From Candidatus Limnocylindrales bacterium (GTDB lineage Bacteria > Chloroflexota > Limnocylindria > Limnocylindrales > CSP1-4), in assembly GCA_038245515.1 (NCBI GenBank), contig JBBRSJ010000007.1, positions 18,461-82,460 of the forward strand: a stretch of 64,000 nucleotides of DNA, written 5' to 3'. The notes under the pieces were generated by a model. That model searched no databases and was not told the origin of the DNA. It saw only the letters and a program-made list of their open reading frames with translations. Of the stretch, positions 19,101 to 29,234 are shown in pieces (the stretch's first letter is position 1; each line of letters opens with the position of its first letter). The position numbers were made by a program, and so were the translations under genes.

Positions 19101-20432
19101 CTACCGGGCTCGTTCCTGCGGGTTGACGATACCGACGTCGGCATAGACGCGACGCGTATCGGCGGCCACATCGGACCAGGTCCGGCGATCCGTCTCGGCC
19201 CGTTCGCGGGCGATTGCGGCCAAGCCGGCGTGGACGCGATCGTCGGTCCACACGGTTGCGAGGGCGGAGGCGAGTCGCTCGGGCTCGCGCGTCGGCACCA
19301 GGATTCCCGCTGCACCGACGATCTCCGGCAGCGCGCCGACGGCCGAGGCGACGACCGGCGTCCCGCAGGCGATCGCCTCGAGGGCGGGCAGGCCGGTCGC
19401 GTCCGATAGCGCGGGCAGGATCGCCGCTCGCGCGCCGCGGACCAGCGCCGCGAGGCGGTCGTCCGGCAGGCGCGGGGCGTAAGCCAGCGCGTCGCCGACG
19501 TCGACCTTCGCCGCGGCCTTCGCCAGCGACGCGCGGTCCTCGGGCGATGTCCCCACCAGCAGGACGCGCGGCGGCCAGGTCATCTCCTCGGTGAGACCGG
19601 CCGGTCGCCCGGCCGCGGCGAGCTGTTCGATGGCCCGGAGCAGGGTTGCGAGGTCCTGCCGGGCGTCGTAGCGGCCGGAGTAGACGAGATAGCGCTCCGG
19701 CAGGCCGAGTCGCTCCCGCTCGGCGCGTCCGTCGAGGGTGGCTCTCGCCGGGCCGGCCGCCGAGGCGCCCGCACTAGCTGCGTCCGTCGGCCAGAAGGCG
19801 AACGCGGGCCGGACGGCGAACGGGACGACCCGGAGGCGTTCGCGTCGCAGGTGGAGCAGCCGCCGCGCCGCGCTCGCCACGGCCTCGCTGCCGACGATCA
19901 CCGCCGCGGCGTCGCGGAGGAGCCGGCCGCGAAGGCGCTGCCCGAACCGGCTCGCGAGGCTCCGCTGGTACGCGGTCGGCAGCTCCCATGGGGCGAGGTC
20001 CAGGAGGGTCACGACGAGCGGCAGCCGGACCGCCAGCGGGACGACGCCCCCGACCGCGTGATACACCGCGCCGGCGGCGCCTCCGGCATCCGCCCGCCAC
20101 GCCGCCCCGACGCTCGCGCCGCTGAGCACGAACGGGTCGATCGTCAGCGCGGCCGAGCGCAGGAGGTGGGTCGGCGGCAGCATCCGCCGACCGATCACGT
20201 CGAGATGGGTGAGGCGGGTCGTCGGATCGTCGAGATCGGAGCGGAGGAGCAGCGCGAACGACTCGCCCGCGAGCGGCTCCGCGTCGAATGCCCCAAGCAA
20301 TCCCTCGAGATAGCCCGCGGTCAAGGGCGCCCGATCCGGCTCCTGAAGCGGCCGCGCGTCGAGGACGACCCGGACCCCACGCGGCGGCTCGACCTCGGCC
20401 GTCGAGCCGAGACGGGCCCCCGCCGGGCTCAC
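19101..20432 (-). CDS. Glycosyltransferase family 4 (mannosyltransferase-like)
   Basis: GLPALEAIACGTPVVAS, ALPEIVG; coupled to the upstream gene (GTGA overlap). Confidence 0.82.
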   Translation of the reverse strand: MSPAGARLGSTAEVEPPRGVRVVLDARPLQEPDRAPLTAGYLEGLLGAFDAEPLAGESFALLLRSDLDDPTTRLTHLDVIGRRMLPPTHLLRSAALTIDPFVLSGASVGAAWRADAGGAAGAVYHAVGGVVPLAVRLPLVVTLLDLAPWELPTAYQRSLASRFGQRLRGRLLRDAAAVIVGSEAVASAARRLLHLRRERLRVVPFAVRPAFAFWPTDAASAGASAAGPARATLDGRAERERLGLPERYLVYSGRYDARQDLATLLRAIEQLAAAGRPAGLTEEMTWPPRVLLVGTSPEDRASLAKAAAKVDVGDALAYAPRLPDDRLAALVRGARAAILPALSDATGLPALEAIACGTPVVASAVGALPEIVGAAGILVPTREPERLASALATVWTDDRVHAGLAAIARERAETDRRTWSDVAADTRRVYADVGIVNPQERAR

Positions 20433-21346
20433 GATGGGTCGGGGCCGGGCAGCGAGCCGGAGCCCGGGACGGGCGCCGGGTCGAGGGCGGCGTCCCGCGC
20501 GAGGGCGGGATCACGAGCGAGAGATGCGCCGTCGGCGGCGATCGGCGGGTCCTGGCTCCGGACCCCGGCCACCGTTCCGGGCGCCGAGCGCCCGCGCAAC
20601 CGGGCCCACAACTCCTCGACCCGGAGCTGGACGACGACGACGAGCGCCTCGATGACGATCCGGCGGCTCATCTTCGACTGGCCGACGCGCCGGTCGCGGA
20701 ACGTGATCGGGATCTCGGCGATGCGCGCCCCGAGGCGGCTCGCCCGGAATGTCATCTCGATCTGGAAGACATAGCCCCCGGCGTGGACCCCATCGAACGG
20801 GATCGTCGCGAGTGTCGACGCGCGCCACGCCTTGAAGCCGCCCGTCAGATCGTGCGGGCCGAGGCGGAGGACGAGCCGGGCGAACAGGCTCCCGCCGCGC
20901 GAGATCAGGCGCCGGCCGACGCCCCAGTCGACGACCCCGCCGCCGGCCGTGTAGCGCGACCCGATGACGAGGTCCGCGTCATCGCCGACGACCGGCCCGA
21001 TCAGTGCCGGCACGCTCGCCGGATCGTGCGACCAGTCGGCGTCCATCTGGACGACGATCCGGGCGCCGCCGGCGAGAGCGACGCCGAACCCGTCGAGATA
21101 GGCCCGGCCGAGGCCCTGCTTGGCCGGCCGGTGGCGGACCCGGATCCGGGCGTCGGCGCCGGCGAGGTCGTCCGCCAGCCGCCCCGTGCCATCGGGCGAG
21201 CCGTCGTCGACGACGAGGAGGGTCGCGGCGGGCAGGTGATCGAGGATCGCGGCGGCGATCCCGGCAAGGTTGTCGGCCTCGTTGTAGGTCGGCAGGATCA
21301 CCCAGGTGCCGCTGCCGGTGATCGCGCGGTCAGCCGAGGTGGTCAT
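20429..21346 (-). CDS. Polyprenol monophosphomannose synthase (GT2, Ppm1/DPM1-like)
   Basis: ILPTYNEADN, VVDDGSPDGTG, QMDADWSH, IGSRY, DLTGGFK, GYVFQIE. Confidence 0.92.
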   Translation of the reverse strand: MTTSADRAITGSGTWVILPTYNEADNLAGIAAAILDHLPAATLLVVDDGSPDGTGRLADDLAGADARIRVRHRPAKQGLGRAYLDGFGVALAGGARIVVQMDADWSHDPASVPALIGPVVGDDADLVIGSRYTAGGGVVDWGVGRRLISRGGSLFARLVLRLGPHDLTGGFKAWRASTLATIPFDGVHAGGYVFQIEMTFRASRLGARIAEIPITFRDRRVGQSKMSRRIVIEALVVVVQLRVEELWARLRGRSAPGTVAGVRSQDPPIAADGASLARDPALARDAALDPAPVPGSGSLPGPDPS

Positions 21347-21367
21347 CGGCCTGAGTGTATCGACCGG

Positions 21368-24300
21368 TCACCGGATCGTGACCGAGGTCCTCGATACGTT
21401 CGCGCCACCAGCGGAATCCCACGCGGCGATCCGGATCGCGGCCGTGCCGGCGGGACCGGTCGCGACGGCGAAGGAGACGCGGAACTTCCCACCACCGAGG
21501 GACGTGGCCGTCTTCGTGACGGCGACCCGGCCGGGCTGGGTGAACGTCACGCTCGGCGCCGTCCGGAGTGCCTCGATCGTTGTCAGGTTGAGAGTGAATG
21601 TCTGGCCGCCTGCGACGCTCGAGGCGGAGCGACCGATCGCGAAGGCGTCGACGCGGACGTCGCGGCTGATCGTCGTCGTGCCGAGTCCGGTCCTCGCCGT
21701 CATCCGCGCCGTGTAGGTGCCCGGCGTGACGAACGCACCCGCGGCAGTCCGGCCGTCCCAGCGCCAGCCGGCCACGCCGGCCGGGATCACCAGGTTCGTC
21801 CAGACCGTCCGGATCAGCGTCGAGCCCGCGTAGATCCCGAGCGACACCGTCGCCGGTCGGCTGAGGCCGAAGGTGAAGTTCGCGTCGCGCGCGAGGCTGT
21901 CGCCGTCCTGCGGGTAGAACGAGCGGCTCCAGCGAACGGCCGCGAGCGTCCGGTCGACCATGATCGAGGTGCTCGCGCCGGCGAGGTTGCCCGCCGGGTC
22001 GCGACCGGCGACCTTGAACTGATAGGCGCCGTCGGGCATCGCCCGGCCGGCGGCGTCGGTGCCGTTCCAGGTGACAGCGCCCGCGACTGAGCCGCTGACG
22101 GCCCACGTCCGCACGAGCGTCGTGCCGCGGTAGACCCTGGCGTAGCCGGTGATCGGCTCCGCGGTCGACCAGGCGAGGCGGATCGTGTCGGAGTCGCCGT
22201 CGCCGTTCGGCGAGAAGCGGGTCGGAGTCGGCGCCAGGGCCGGGACCGCCGGTGTCGTGTCGACCCGGACGAGCCACGCCCGCGCGACCGGGTTGCCGGC
22301 CGGATCGAAGGCGGTCAGGACGAGCTTGTAGACGCCATCGGCGACGTCCGCGCCGGCGGTCGCCCGGCCGTTCCAGCTCACTGCCGGGCTGCTGCCGATG
22401 CCGGAGCGGGTCGTGACGGCCCCTCCGACCGTCGAGCCGCTGACCCGGGCGGCGCTGAACGTCCAGGTCCACGCCCCGGGCGCGGTCATCCCGATGCCGA
22501 CGGTGTCGAGGATGCCGTCGCCGTTGGGCGAGACCAGCGTGCCGGTCCTCGTGGTCGCGGTGACCACGGGCGCGACGGTATCGATCGTGATTCCGAAGGT
22601 CGCGAGAGCAGCCGCCGAGAAGACAGGCACGGGGCTGTAGAACGTGGCGCCGCCCGACTTGCCGAGGACGACGCCGAGGTAGCGGCCATTGGGCAGGAGC
22701 GTTCCGCCGATCCGGCCGTCCCAGCTGACGCGTCGAGCGCCGGCCGCGACCGGCAGCGGGACGGCCCCGGCGAAGCTGCCGTCGGACCGGAACACGCGCA
22801 GAGCGAGCGTGTCGAACGCGCGATCGTTCGTCCAGTCGAGGACGAGGCCGTCGAGCGAGCCGTCGCCATTGGGCGAGAAGGACCGGTGGCCGGCCGACGT
22901 CGGGCTCGTGCCGATGCTCGCGCCACCGGCGGCGCCGAAGGCGAGGCCGCCGACCGCAGCCCCGATCGCGGTGCCATTGGGCGGCTTGGCGGGCGCGACC
23001 ATCGAGGCGCCGGCGCCGCTGGTGGCGACCCAGGCCGCGCCGCGCGTCGCGGACACGGCGCCCCATTCGGCCAGTGGCCCGACCACCTGGAACCAGGTGA
23101 AGCCGTCCGCGGTCCGCGGCCCGCCGACGATCGCGAGGATGTTGCCGCGCCCGTAGGTCCCGACGAGGGTGGCGGCCGTGGTGGGGGCCGAGCGGATCGA
23201 CAGCCCGTCGATCAGGACGACGCCGAACCCGCCGACCGCGAGGCTCGGCGTCGCGCTCGGCCTGCTCGCCGCCACGTTCCAGACGCTGAGGTTGCCCTTG
23301 GGATCGCGCGCCCGGACGCGGAACGCGTAGCCGTGACCGTCCAGGCCGACCCACAGCGCGGACGGCGCGGTGGTCGCGTTCAACCACGGCGTCCACGGGC
23401 CGCCGTCGGCGGAGGCCTGCACGTCGTAGCTCTGTACGGCCACGTCATCGCGGCCGGTCCAGGTGACGAGGAAGCCGGGATTGAGCTCGCGAGCAGGGAG
23501 CGTGTTGATGCCAGCGACCGGCGCCGTGGTATCGGTCACGAACTTGCGCTGGATCGCGCCCCACAGCTCGGGCCGCGTTCCGTCGTAGCCGAGCGCCCAG
23601 ATCCCGGCGCCGCGCAGGCCGTAGGCGTTGACGAGGTCGTACTTGGCGGCGAGGGCGGCGGCGTCGTCGATGTAGATCTGGCGCCACGAGGTCACGCAGC
23701 CGTAGCTCGTCGTGCAGTTCTGGCGCTGGTAGGCCGTCCAGGCCACCTGCTCGACGGGATCGTAATGGCGGCCGTACTGGGCGAGATAACCCGCGGCGGT
23801 GTCGTAGATGACGGTCGTTGAATCGCCGGTCTTCGTGCCGCTCGTGTTCGCTGCGTTGAGGGCGCTGCTGCTCGTCGACCAGGCCCGACCGTAGTAGGGC
23901 ACGCCGAGGATCAGCTTCGAGGCAGGCACCTTCGCGGTGTAGGCCACGATTGTGTCGCGGATGTCGTAGCCGGTCCGGCTGTACGGCGCGACCGAGCCGA
24001 CGGGGCTCGAGCCGGCCGACCGGTAGTCGTAGCCCATGATGAAGACCGCGTCCGCACCGCCCGCTGCGGTCGCTGCAGCGATCGGATAGTTGCCGATCGA
24101 GCCGGTCGTGTCGAAGGTGATCTGGTAGCCGGCATGGATCCGGTTCAGCTCCGCCCGGATCGTCCGGACGAGGGCGGTGAACCCGGCTTCGGCGCCGGTT
24201 GCGAGGGGCTCGAAGTCGAGGTTCACGCCGTCGGCGCCGCGGTCGCGGACGGCACCGGCAATCTGGCGGGCGAGGTTGAGGCGGGCTGTCGACGACGCGA

Positions 24301-25366
24301 GGAGCGCCTTCTGGCGAGCGAGCCCGGTGGCGTTCCAGCCGAAGCTCTGGACCGTCAGGACCACCCGGGTGTGATTGGCGTGGGCGGTCGAGATGATGCT
24401 GCTCATCTTCGTGCTGGCCCAGCCGCTCCAGCCAACGGTCGGCGTCCCATCGGGGTTCTTCTTCTGGAGATAGCCCGCAGCATCCGCACCGACGCCGAAG
24501 TAGGCGATGGTGGAGATCTTGGTGTAGTCGAGCCGGAGGCTGCTCGAGTTGACCTCCCAGTACGGGAGGAAACCGAAGATCTCGCGGCGCAGGCCGTTGG
24601 GAGTGACCGGCGCCTCGGGTGAGGGCGGAGTGGCTGCGGCAGCACCGAGGCCGGCGCTGAAGGATGCGCTCGTGGCCGGGATCGAGGCCGTGCTGGCGCT
24701 GCCGCCGGGCAGGTCGATTGTCGGGTCGGGGGTCAGCTGGGTGCGGGTGACGGCCGGCCGCGTCCCCTGGACGCGGATGGCGCCACCGTCGAGCCGGCCG
24801 GCGGGAAGCGCGGTCGGCGTGGTGCCGCCGACGGACCAGTGATCTCCGGGGCGGGGGGCGAAGCCGAGCGCGACGCGGGCGCCGGGGGTGAAGGCGATCT
24901 TGTCCGCGGCGTGGCGGACGGCTTCCTCGTACTGGATCGACGGCTGGAGGCCGGCCGATCCGATGGCCGCATCGCCCGCGGCTGCGGCTGCCGCCGCGGC
25001 ATCGGCTGCGGCGGCGTCGGTCTGGGCCGCGACGGCGTCGAACGAAGCCAGGTTGGCAGCCTGGAGACCCGCGTCGACGACCGCGAGGCGCGTCGTATGG
25101 CCATAGCCGCTCGTCGCGGGCGCGCGCGACGTCCGCTGGGCTGCGACGGCCCCGCCGATGTCGGTGGCCGCGCGTCCGGCGGCGCTCGAGGCGGCGTCGA
25201 GGCCGCCCTGGCCGGCGAGGACGATCGCGACGACAGCGGCGATGGTGCGACCACCGTGTCGAACGAGGGAGCGGCGGAATCCGGTTGCCACGATGGTCCT
25301 CACGAACAGTCTCGCGTCACCATCCGGTGACGGCTCCTCGACGGTGCGGGGCGCGCGGCCAAGCAC
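21368..25366 (-). CDS. Secreted GH18 glycoside hydrolase with FN3/SH3-like and multiple FlgD-type Ig domains
   Basis: FGFLPYW, DGVNLDFE, FIMGYDY, KLILGVPYYG, GAGIWALGYD; four SPNGDG-like motifs; start uncertain. Confidence 0.85.
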   Translation of the reverse strand: MLGRAPRTVEEPSPDGDARLFVRTIVATGFRRSLVRHGGRTIAAVVAIVLAGQGGLDAASSAAGRAATDIGGAVAAQRTSRAPATSGYGHTTRLAVVDAGLQAANLASFDAVAAQTDAAAADAAAAAAAAGDAAIGSAGLQPSIQYEEAVRHAADKIAFTPGARVALGFAPRPGDHWSVGGTTPTALPAGRLDGGAIRVQGTRPAVTRTQLTPDPTIDLPGGSASTASIPATSASFSAGLGAAAATPPSPEAPVTPNGLRREIFGFLPYWEVNSSSLRLDYTKISTIAYFGVGADAAGYLQKKNPDGTPTVGWSGWASTKMSSIISTAHANHTRVVLTVQSFGWNATGLARQKALLASSTARLNLARQIAGAVRDRGADGVNLDFEPLATGAEAGFTALVRTIRAELNRIHAGYQITFDTTGSIGNYPIAAATAAGGADAVFIMGYDYRSAGSSPVGSVAPYSRTGYDIRDTIVAYTAKVPASKLILGVPYYGRAWSTSSSALNAANTSGTKTGDSTTVIYDTAAGYLAQYGRHYDPVEQVAWTAYQRQNCTTSYGCVTSWRQIYIDDAAALAAKYDLVNAYGLRGAGIWALGYDGTRPELWGAIQRKFVTDTTAPVAGINTLPARELNPGFLVTWTGRDDVAVQSYDVQASADGGPWTPWLNATTAPSALWVGLDGHGYAFRVRARDPKGNLSVWNVAASRPSATPSLAVGGFGVVLIDGLSIRSAPTTAATLVGTYGRGNILAIVGGPRTADGFTWFQVVGPLAEWGAVSATRGAAWVATSGAGASMVAPAKPPNGTAIGAAVGGLAFGAAGGASIGTSPTSAGHRSFSPNGDGSLDGLVLDWTNDRAFDTLALRVFRSDGSFAGAVPLPVAAGARRVSWDGRIGGTLLPNGRYLGVVLGKSGGATFYSPVPVFSAAALATFGITIDTVAPVVTATTRTGTLVSPNGDGILDTVGIGMTAPGAWTWTFSAARVSGSTVGGAVTTRSGIGSSPAVSWNGRATAGADVADGVYKLVLTAFDPAGNPVARAWLVRVDTTPAVPALAPTPTRFSPNGDGDSDTIRLAWSTAEPITGYARVYRGTTLVRTWAVSGSVAGAVTWNGTDAAGRAMPDGAYQFKVAGRDPAGNLAGASTSIMVDRTLAAVRWSRSFYPQDGDSLARDANFTFGLSRPATVSLGIYAGSTLIRTVWTNLVIPAGVAGWRWDGRTAAGAFVTPGTYTARMTARTGLGTTTISRDVRVDAFAIGRSASSVAGGQTFTLNLTTIEALRTAPSVTFTQPGRVAVTKTATSLGGGKFRVSFAVATGPAGTAAIRIAAWDSAGGANVSRTSVTIR

Positions 25367-25491
25367 CGGACTGGTTCGAACCTTAGGGCAGCGGCGGGGC
25401 GTCCGGACAGTCGGTCGAAGGTCCTGTGTCGGTGCAGTACGGTGGGGTCGGCTGGAGTCCGGAGTGGACGCTGCGCCGCGACGGCGACCGG

Positions 25492-27228
25492 CTACCTGGT
25501 CCTCAGGACGAGCATCGATGTCATTGCCCGGACCGGCCGCTGGACGGCAGGGCCGTCGTTTCCGGTCTTGTCACGGGCCCGGAAGTGGAGGACATAGACG
25601 CCACCCGGGACGTAGGCGCCGGTCGCGGACTTGCCATCCCACGTCACCGTGTTGGCACCCGCGACCGCGGCAACGGCGAAGGTCCGGATGGTGGCGCCGG
25701 CCGCGTTCGTGACGGTCGCTGCGATCGTTCCCGGCTCCGCGATCGTGACGATGGTCGGGATCGTGTCGGTCACGCCGTCGCCGTTCGGGCTGAAGACGGT
25801 GGTGACGCCGGCGTCCGGGCTGAGCCCCGTGACGACAGGCCCGGTGGTGTCGACCACCATCGGACCGCCGCCGGTCGCCGTCCCGTTCTGCCACGCGTCG
25901 GTGCCGCGCACGGTCCAGGAGTACGTGCCGTCGGGTACGGCCACTCCGTTGAACAAGCCATCCCACGTGACCTTGAACGCGGAGGCGGTGCCCGTGGTGC
26001 TGTTGATGACCGTGCCGTTCGCCTTCTTGAACTCGACGGTCCAGGCGACGCTCTCCGAGAAGATCCCGCTGACCGCCTGCTCGTCGACACGCCCGTCGCC
26101 GTTCGGCGACAACCGGCCGAGGCCCGAGTCCAGGGCGACCAGAACCGGGGCGCGGCTGTCGCGCGGGGCGAGGTCGGCGGCGGAGATGACGCCGGCGATG
26201 GTCGGATCGTCGAGCCCCTGGACCTGGATCAGGGCCGGTTGGGTCGCAGTCGCCGGGACGGCGGTGGCAACGGTCCGTACGCGGGTTCCGAGTGGGAGCG
26301 CGACCGGGGTCGCCATGGCCATGGTGTTTGTGGCGGGCTGGAGCTGGGCATCGGGGGCATCGACGATCGCCCGGCCCGGGAAGACGAGGCTCGCGGGATC
26401 GACTCCCGTATCGCCCACCGCGTTCGTCGCCGCGGTCGTCGTCAGGCCCGGCATCACCACGAGCGAGCGGTAGTAGCCGCGTCCCACGTAGTCGGAGTCG
26501 GAGTAGTCGATGTAGCCCGGGGTGCGGCTCGATACGAACGACGAGGCGTGACCGTTGAAGCTCGGGGCCGTCCGCCACATGTTGAAGATCGTCTGGCCGG
26601 TCGTGAACAGCGCCCGGAGATACGGCTCCAGGCCCATGTGGCCCTCCGCCAGGACTGCCCGTGCGCCGCCCTTCAGGAAGCCGGCCGCGTAGTTGTCGAT
26701 CCGATGGCGAGCGACCGAGACGGTCGGCTCCGGCGTCACGCCCGACTCGTTGTTGCCCGACGCGTAGCAGAGGTGGTTGAGCATCACGATCGCGTTCGGC
26801 GCGAGGTGGAGCTGGGCCATGTACGGCTCGCCGTAGTACTTGTTCTCGTAGTCCGACAGCTTGCCGTCGCCGTTGAGGTCGGCGTTGAGGCCCATCCCGT
26901 CCTTGGTCGAGTACGTCGGGTCGTTCGGGTACGGGCTCGGCCAGCCATTGCCGTGTCCGAAGTAGATGAGGATGTTCGCGTTGAAGGCGGCCGCCTTGAC
27001 CCGTGTCCACGTCGCGTTCGGGCTGTAGACCTTGATGACGTTCGGGGTGTACTTGATCGCCTCCGCGTACGCAGAGTCGGCGTCGGCCCGGTAGCTCGCG
27101 GTAGCGCTGTGGGTCGCGCCGACGACGATCACGATCTTCGTCGTGCTCGTCTGGGCTGCCGCGGCCGGGCTCGCGACCCCGAGGGCCGTGAGGAGGGCGA
27201 TGGCGAGGGCGGCGGCGAGGTTGCGCAA
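25492..27228 (-). CDS. Secreted protein with N-terminal putative His-Cys peptidase-like domain and FlgD-type Ig domains
   Basis: Signal peptide ending AAAAQ; YFGHG...NHLCYASG; two SPNGDG motifs; TWDG repeats; GGAG RBS before TTG. Confidence 0.8.
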   Translation of the reverse strand: MRNLAAALAIALLTALGVASPAAAAQTSTTKIVIVVGATHSATASYRADADSAYAEAIKYTPNVIKVYSPNATWTRVKAAAFNANILIYFGHGNGWPSPYPNDPTYSTKDGMGLNADLNGDGKLSDYENKYYGEPYMAQLHLAPNAIVMLNHLCYASGNNESGVTPEPTVSVARHRIDNYAAGFLKGGARAVLAEGHMGLEPYLRALFTTGQTIFNMWRTAPSFNGHASSFVSSRTPGYIDYSDSDYVGRGYYRSLVVMPGLTTTAATNAVGDTGVDPASLVFPGRAIVDAPDAQLQPATNTMAMATPVALPLGTRVRTVATAVPATATQPALIQVQGLDDPTIAGVISAADLAPRDSRAPVLVALDSGLGRLSPNGDGRVDEQAVSGIFSESVAWTVEFKKANGTVINSTTGTASAFKVTWDGLFNGVAVPDGTYSWTVRGTDAWQNGTATGGGPMVVDTTGPVVTGLSPDAGVTTVFSPNGDGVTDTIPTIVTIAEPGTIAATVTNAAGATIRTFAVAAVAGANTVTWDGKSATGAYVPGGVYVLHFRARDKTGNDGPAVQRPVRAMTSMLVLRTR

Positions 27229-27712
27229 TGCCGGCTCCAGAGCGAAAGAGGGCCGCCGCGGGCGTGAGCTGCCCTGGGCGTGGATGAATGCCTCTGAAGG
27301 GTCTGCTGCGCGGCGCGCCGAACCAATCGCGGGATGGTCCCGACGGCCATGGTCCGATCGGTCGCGGGCCGGTACGGCGCGGGGCAGTCAAGTGGGGTCG
27401 GGTGCTCACGAGTCCCATCGGGCGGTGTCCGATGGCACCGACATGGCTCGCCCGTGGTGGGACCTCGTGTCCGGTCCCGCCATCCACCTTCGGGCGCAGT
27501 GCGTGTCCGCGACGGCGCAGAGGATTCCCGCCCGGCACCGTCCCGCGTGTGGCTGGCACCAGATCGGGCCAAGAGCGGGCGGTATTCGACCGGTTCAGAG
27601 CGGGACCCGGGCCGAGACCCGGACTCTCACCACGGGCCGGCGTGAATGGCGAACCCGGGCCGCGGCACGGGGGCGGCGCGGGCGCAGATGCGAGGCGCGG
27701 GATGTTGCCGCG

Positions 27713-28297
27713 TCAGTCGCGGAGGCTGGCCACCAGCTCGGCGAGGGTCGGGTTCGAGCGGTCCCGATCCGACAGGATCGGCCGCCCATCCGGGGTCGCG
27801 ACCGCGGGCCACGGCACCCCGACCGCGGGATCGTCCCATGCAAATCCGAGCTCGTCGCTACCGTCGTACTCGTTCGTCACGAGGTAAAGGAGCTCGAGCG
27901 GCTCGAGCGCAAGGAACCCGTGGGCGACTCCATTCGGGATGACGATCCAGTTGTCGGCGGGCAGCTCGCGCGTCTCAACAAAGGCAGGCCCGCGTCCCTC
28001 CACGACCGGTCGGACGTCGACGACGGCCACGAGCGCCCGGCCCGACGCGACCACCCAGTAGTCGAGCTGGCGGCGGTGGTAGTGGAGGCCGCGCAGGACT
28101 CCCGCGGCCGAGGTCGACAGGTTGGCCTGGACGAACCGCGGCTTGGAGCCCCCCGGCGCGCCGGCGTCGGCGGTGGTCAGGGTCGGGAAGGACGACTCGC
28201 GCCACAACTCGCGGAACGCGCCACGGGAGTCCCCGTGGCGGGCGATCGCGCCGTAGCGGACGCCCGACAGGTTCGACGGCGGTCGTTCGAGGCTCAT
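27713..28297 (-). CDS. rmlC: dTDP-4-dehydrorhamnose 3,5-epimerase
   Basis: DSRGAFRE, FVQANLS, GVLRGLHY, GVAHGF, LSDRD. Confidence 0.93.
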   Translation of the reverse strand: MSLERPPSNLSGVRYGAIARHGDSRGAFRELWRESSFPTLTTADAGAPGGSKPRFVQANLSTSAAGVLRGLHYHRRQLDYWVVASGRALVAVVDVRPVVEGRGPAFVETRELPADNWIVIPNGVAHGFLALEPLELLYLVTNEYDGSDELGFAWDDPAVGVPWPAVATPDGRPILSDRDRSNPTLAELVASLRD

Positions 28298-29232
28298 CGG
28301 CCGGCCCCGGTTTTGGTGCGCACGCGATCCCGCAGGAGTGTCGGCATGTAGTCGGCGAGGGCCGCCTGCCACGGCCGGAGGGGCTCGCCGCCGGGCAGCG
28401 GAGTCGGCTCGAGGACGGCCCAGGCCGGCGGCGTCGAAGCGCGCGGCCAGGTCGCGGCCGGGACGTCCTCGGTCTCGGCGCCGACCCCCGCCTGGCGAAG
28501 CAGCTCGCGGGCCCACTCGGCTCGGCTCGTCCGGCCGCCATTGACCAAGTGATGTGTCCCGACGACGGCGGCCGACCCGATCAGCTCGGCGATCGCCTCG
28601 GCGATGTCGTGGGTGTAGCTCGGCGAGCCGACCTCGTCGGCGACGAGCCGGAGGGGTTCGCCGGTCGCCACGGAACGCTCGGCGGCGGCGAGGATCTTGG
28701 CCGGAAAGTCGCTGCCGGGCGGGCCGTACAGCCAGGCGGTCCGGGCAATCCCGAGTGCCGCCCGATCGGCGCCGGTACCGACGCCGGGGCTGGCATAGGC
28801 GGTCCGCGCGGCGTCCTCCCCCGCCAGCTTCGACGCTCCGTACGGATTGATCGGGTTCGTGGGGTCGTCCGGCCCGTAGCCCAGCCCGTCGGTCCGGCGG
28901 CCGTCGAACACCTCGTTCGTGGACAGGACGATCAGGTCGATCCCGCGCTCCGCGGCGGCCTGGGCGAGTACCCCGGTCGCGGTCCCGTTGCGGGCGATCG
29001 CGAGCTCCGGATTGCGCGCGCAGCCATCGACGTCGGTCCAGGCGGCGCAGTGAACGACCACCTCCGGCCGGTCGCGATCGAGCAGGGCGCCCGCCGTCCC
29101 GGGCGTGTCGAGGTCGAAGATCGCACGACTCCAGGCGATCGGCCCGAATGGACCGGTGAACGGCGCCTCTTCGAGTGCCGCAACCACGGCCCGGCCCAGT
29201 CGGCCGCCGGCGCCGGTTACCGCAACGCGCAA
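28294..29232 (-). CDS. rmlD: dTDP-4-dehydrorhamnose reductase
   Basis: VTGAGGRLG, HCAAWTDVD, STNEVFDG, YGASK; TTG start. Confidence 0.92.
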   Translation of the reverse strand: MRVAVTGAGGRLGRAVVAALEEAPFTGPFGPIAWSRAIFDLDTPGTAGALLDRDRPEVVVHCAAWTDVDGCARNPELAIARNGTATGVLAQAAAERGIDLIVLSTNEVFDGRRTDGLGYGPDDPTNPINPYGASKLAGEDAARTAYASPGVGTGADRAALGIARTAWLYGPPGSDFPAKILAAAERSVATGEPLRLVADEVGSPSYTHDIAEAIAELIGSAAVVGTHHLVNGGRTSRAEWARELLRQAGVGAETEDVPAATWPRASTPPAWAVLEPTPLPGGEPLRPWQAALADYMPTLLRDRVRTKTGAGR

Positions 29233-29234
29233 GG

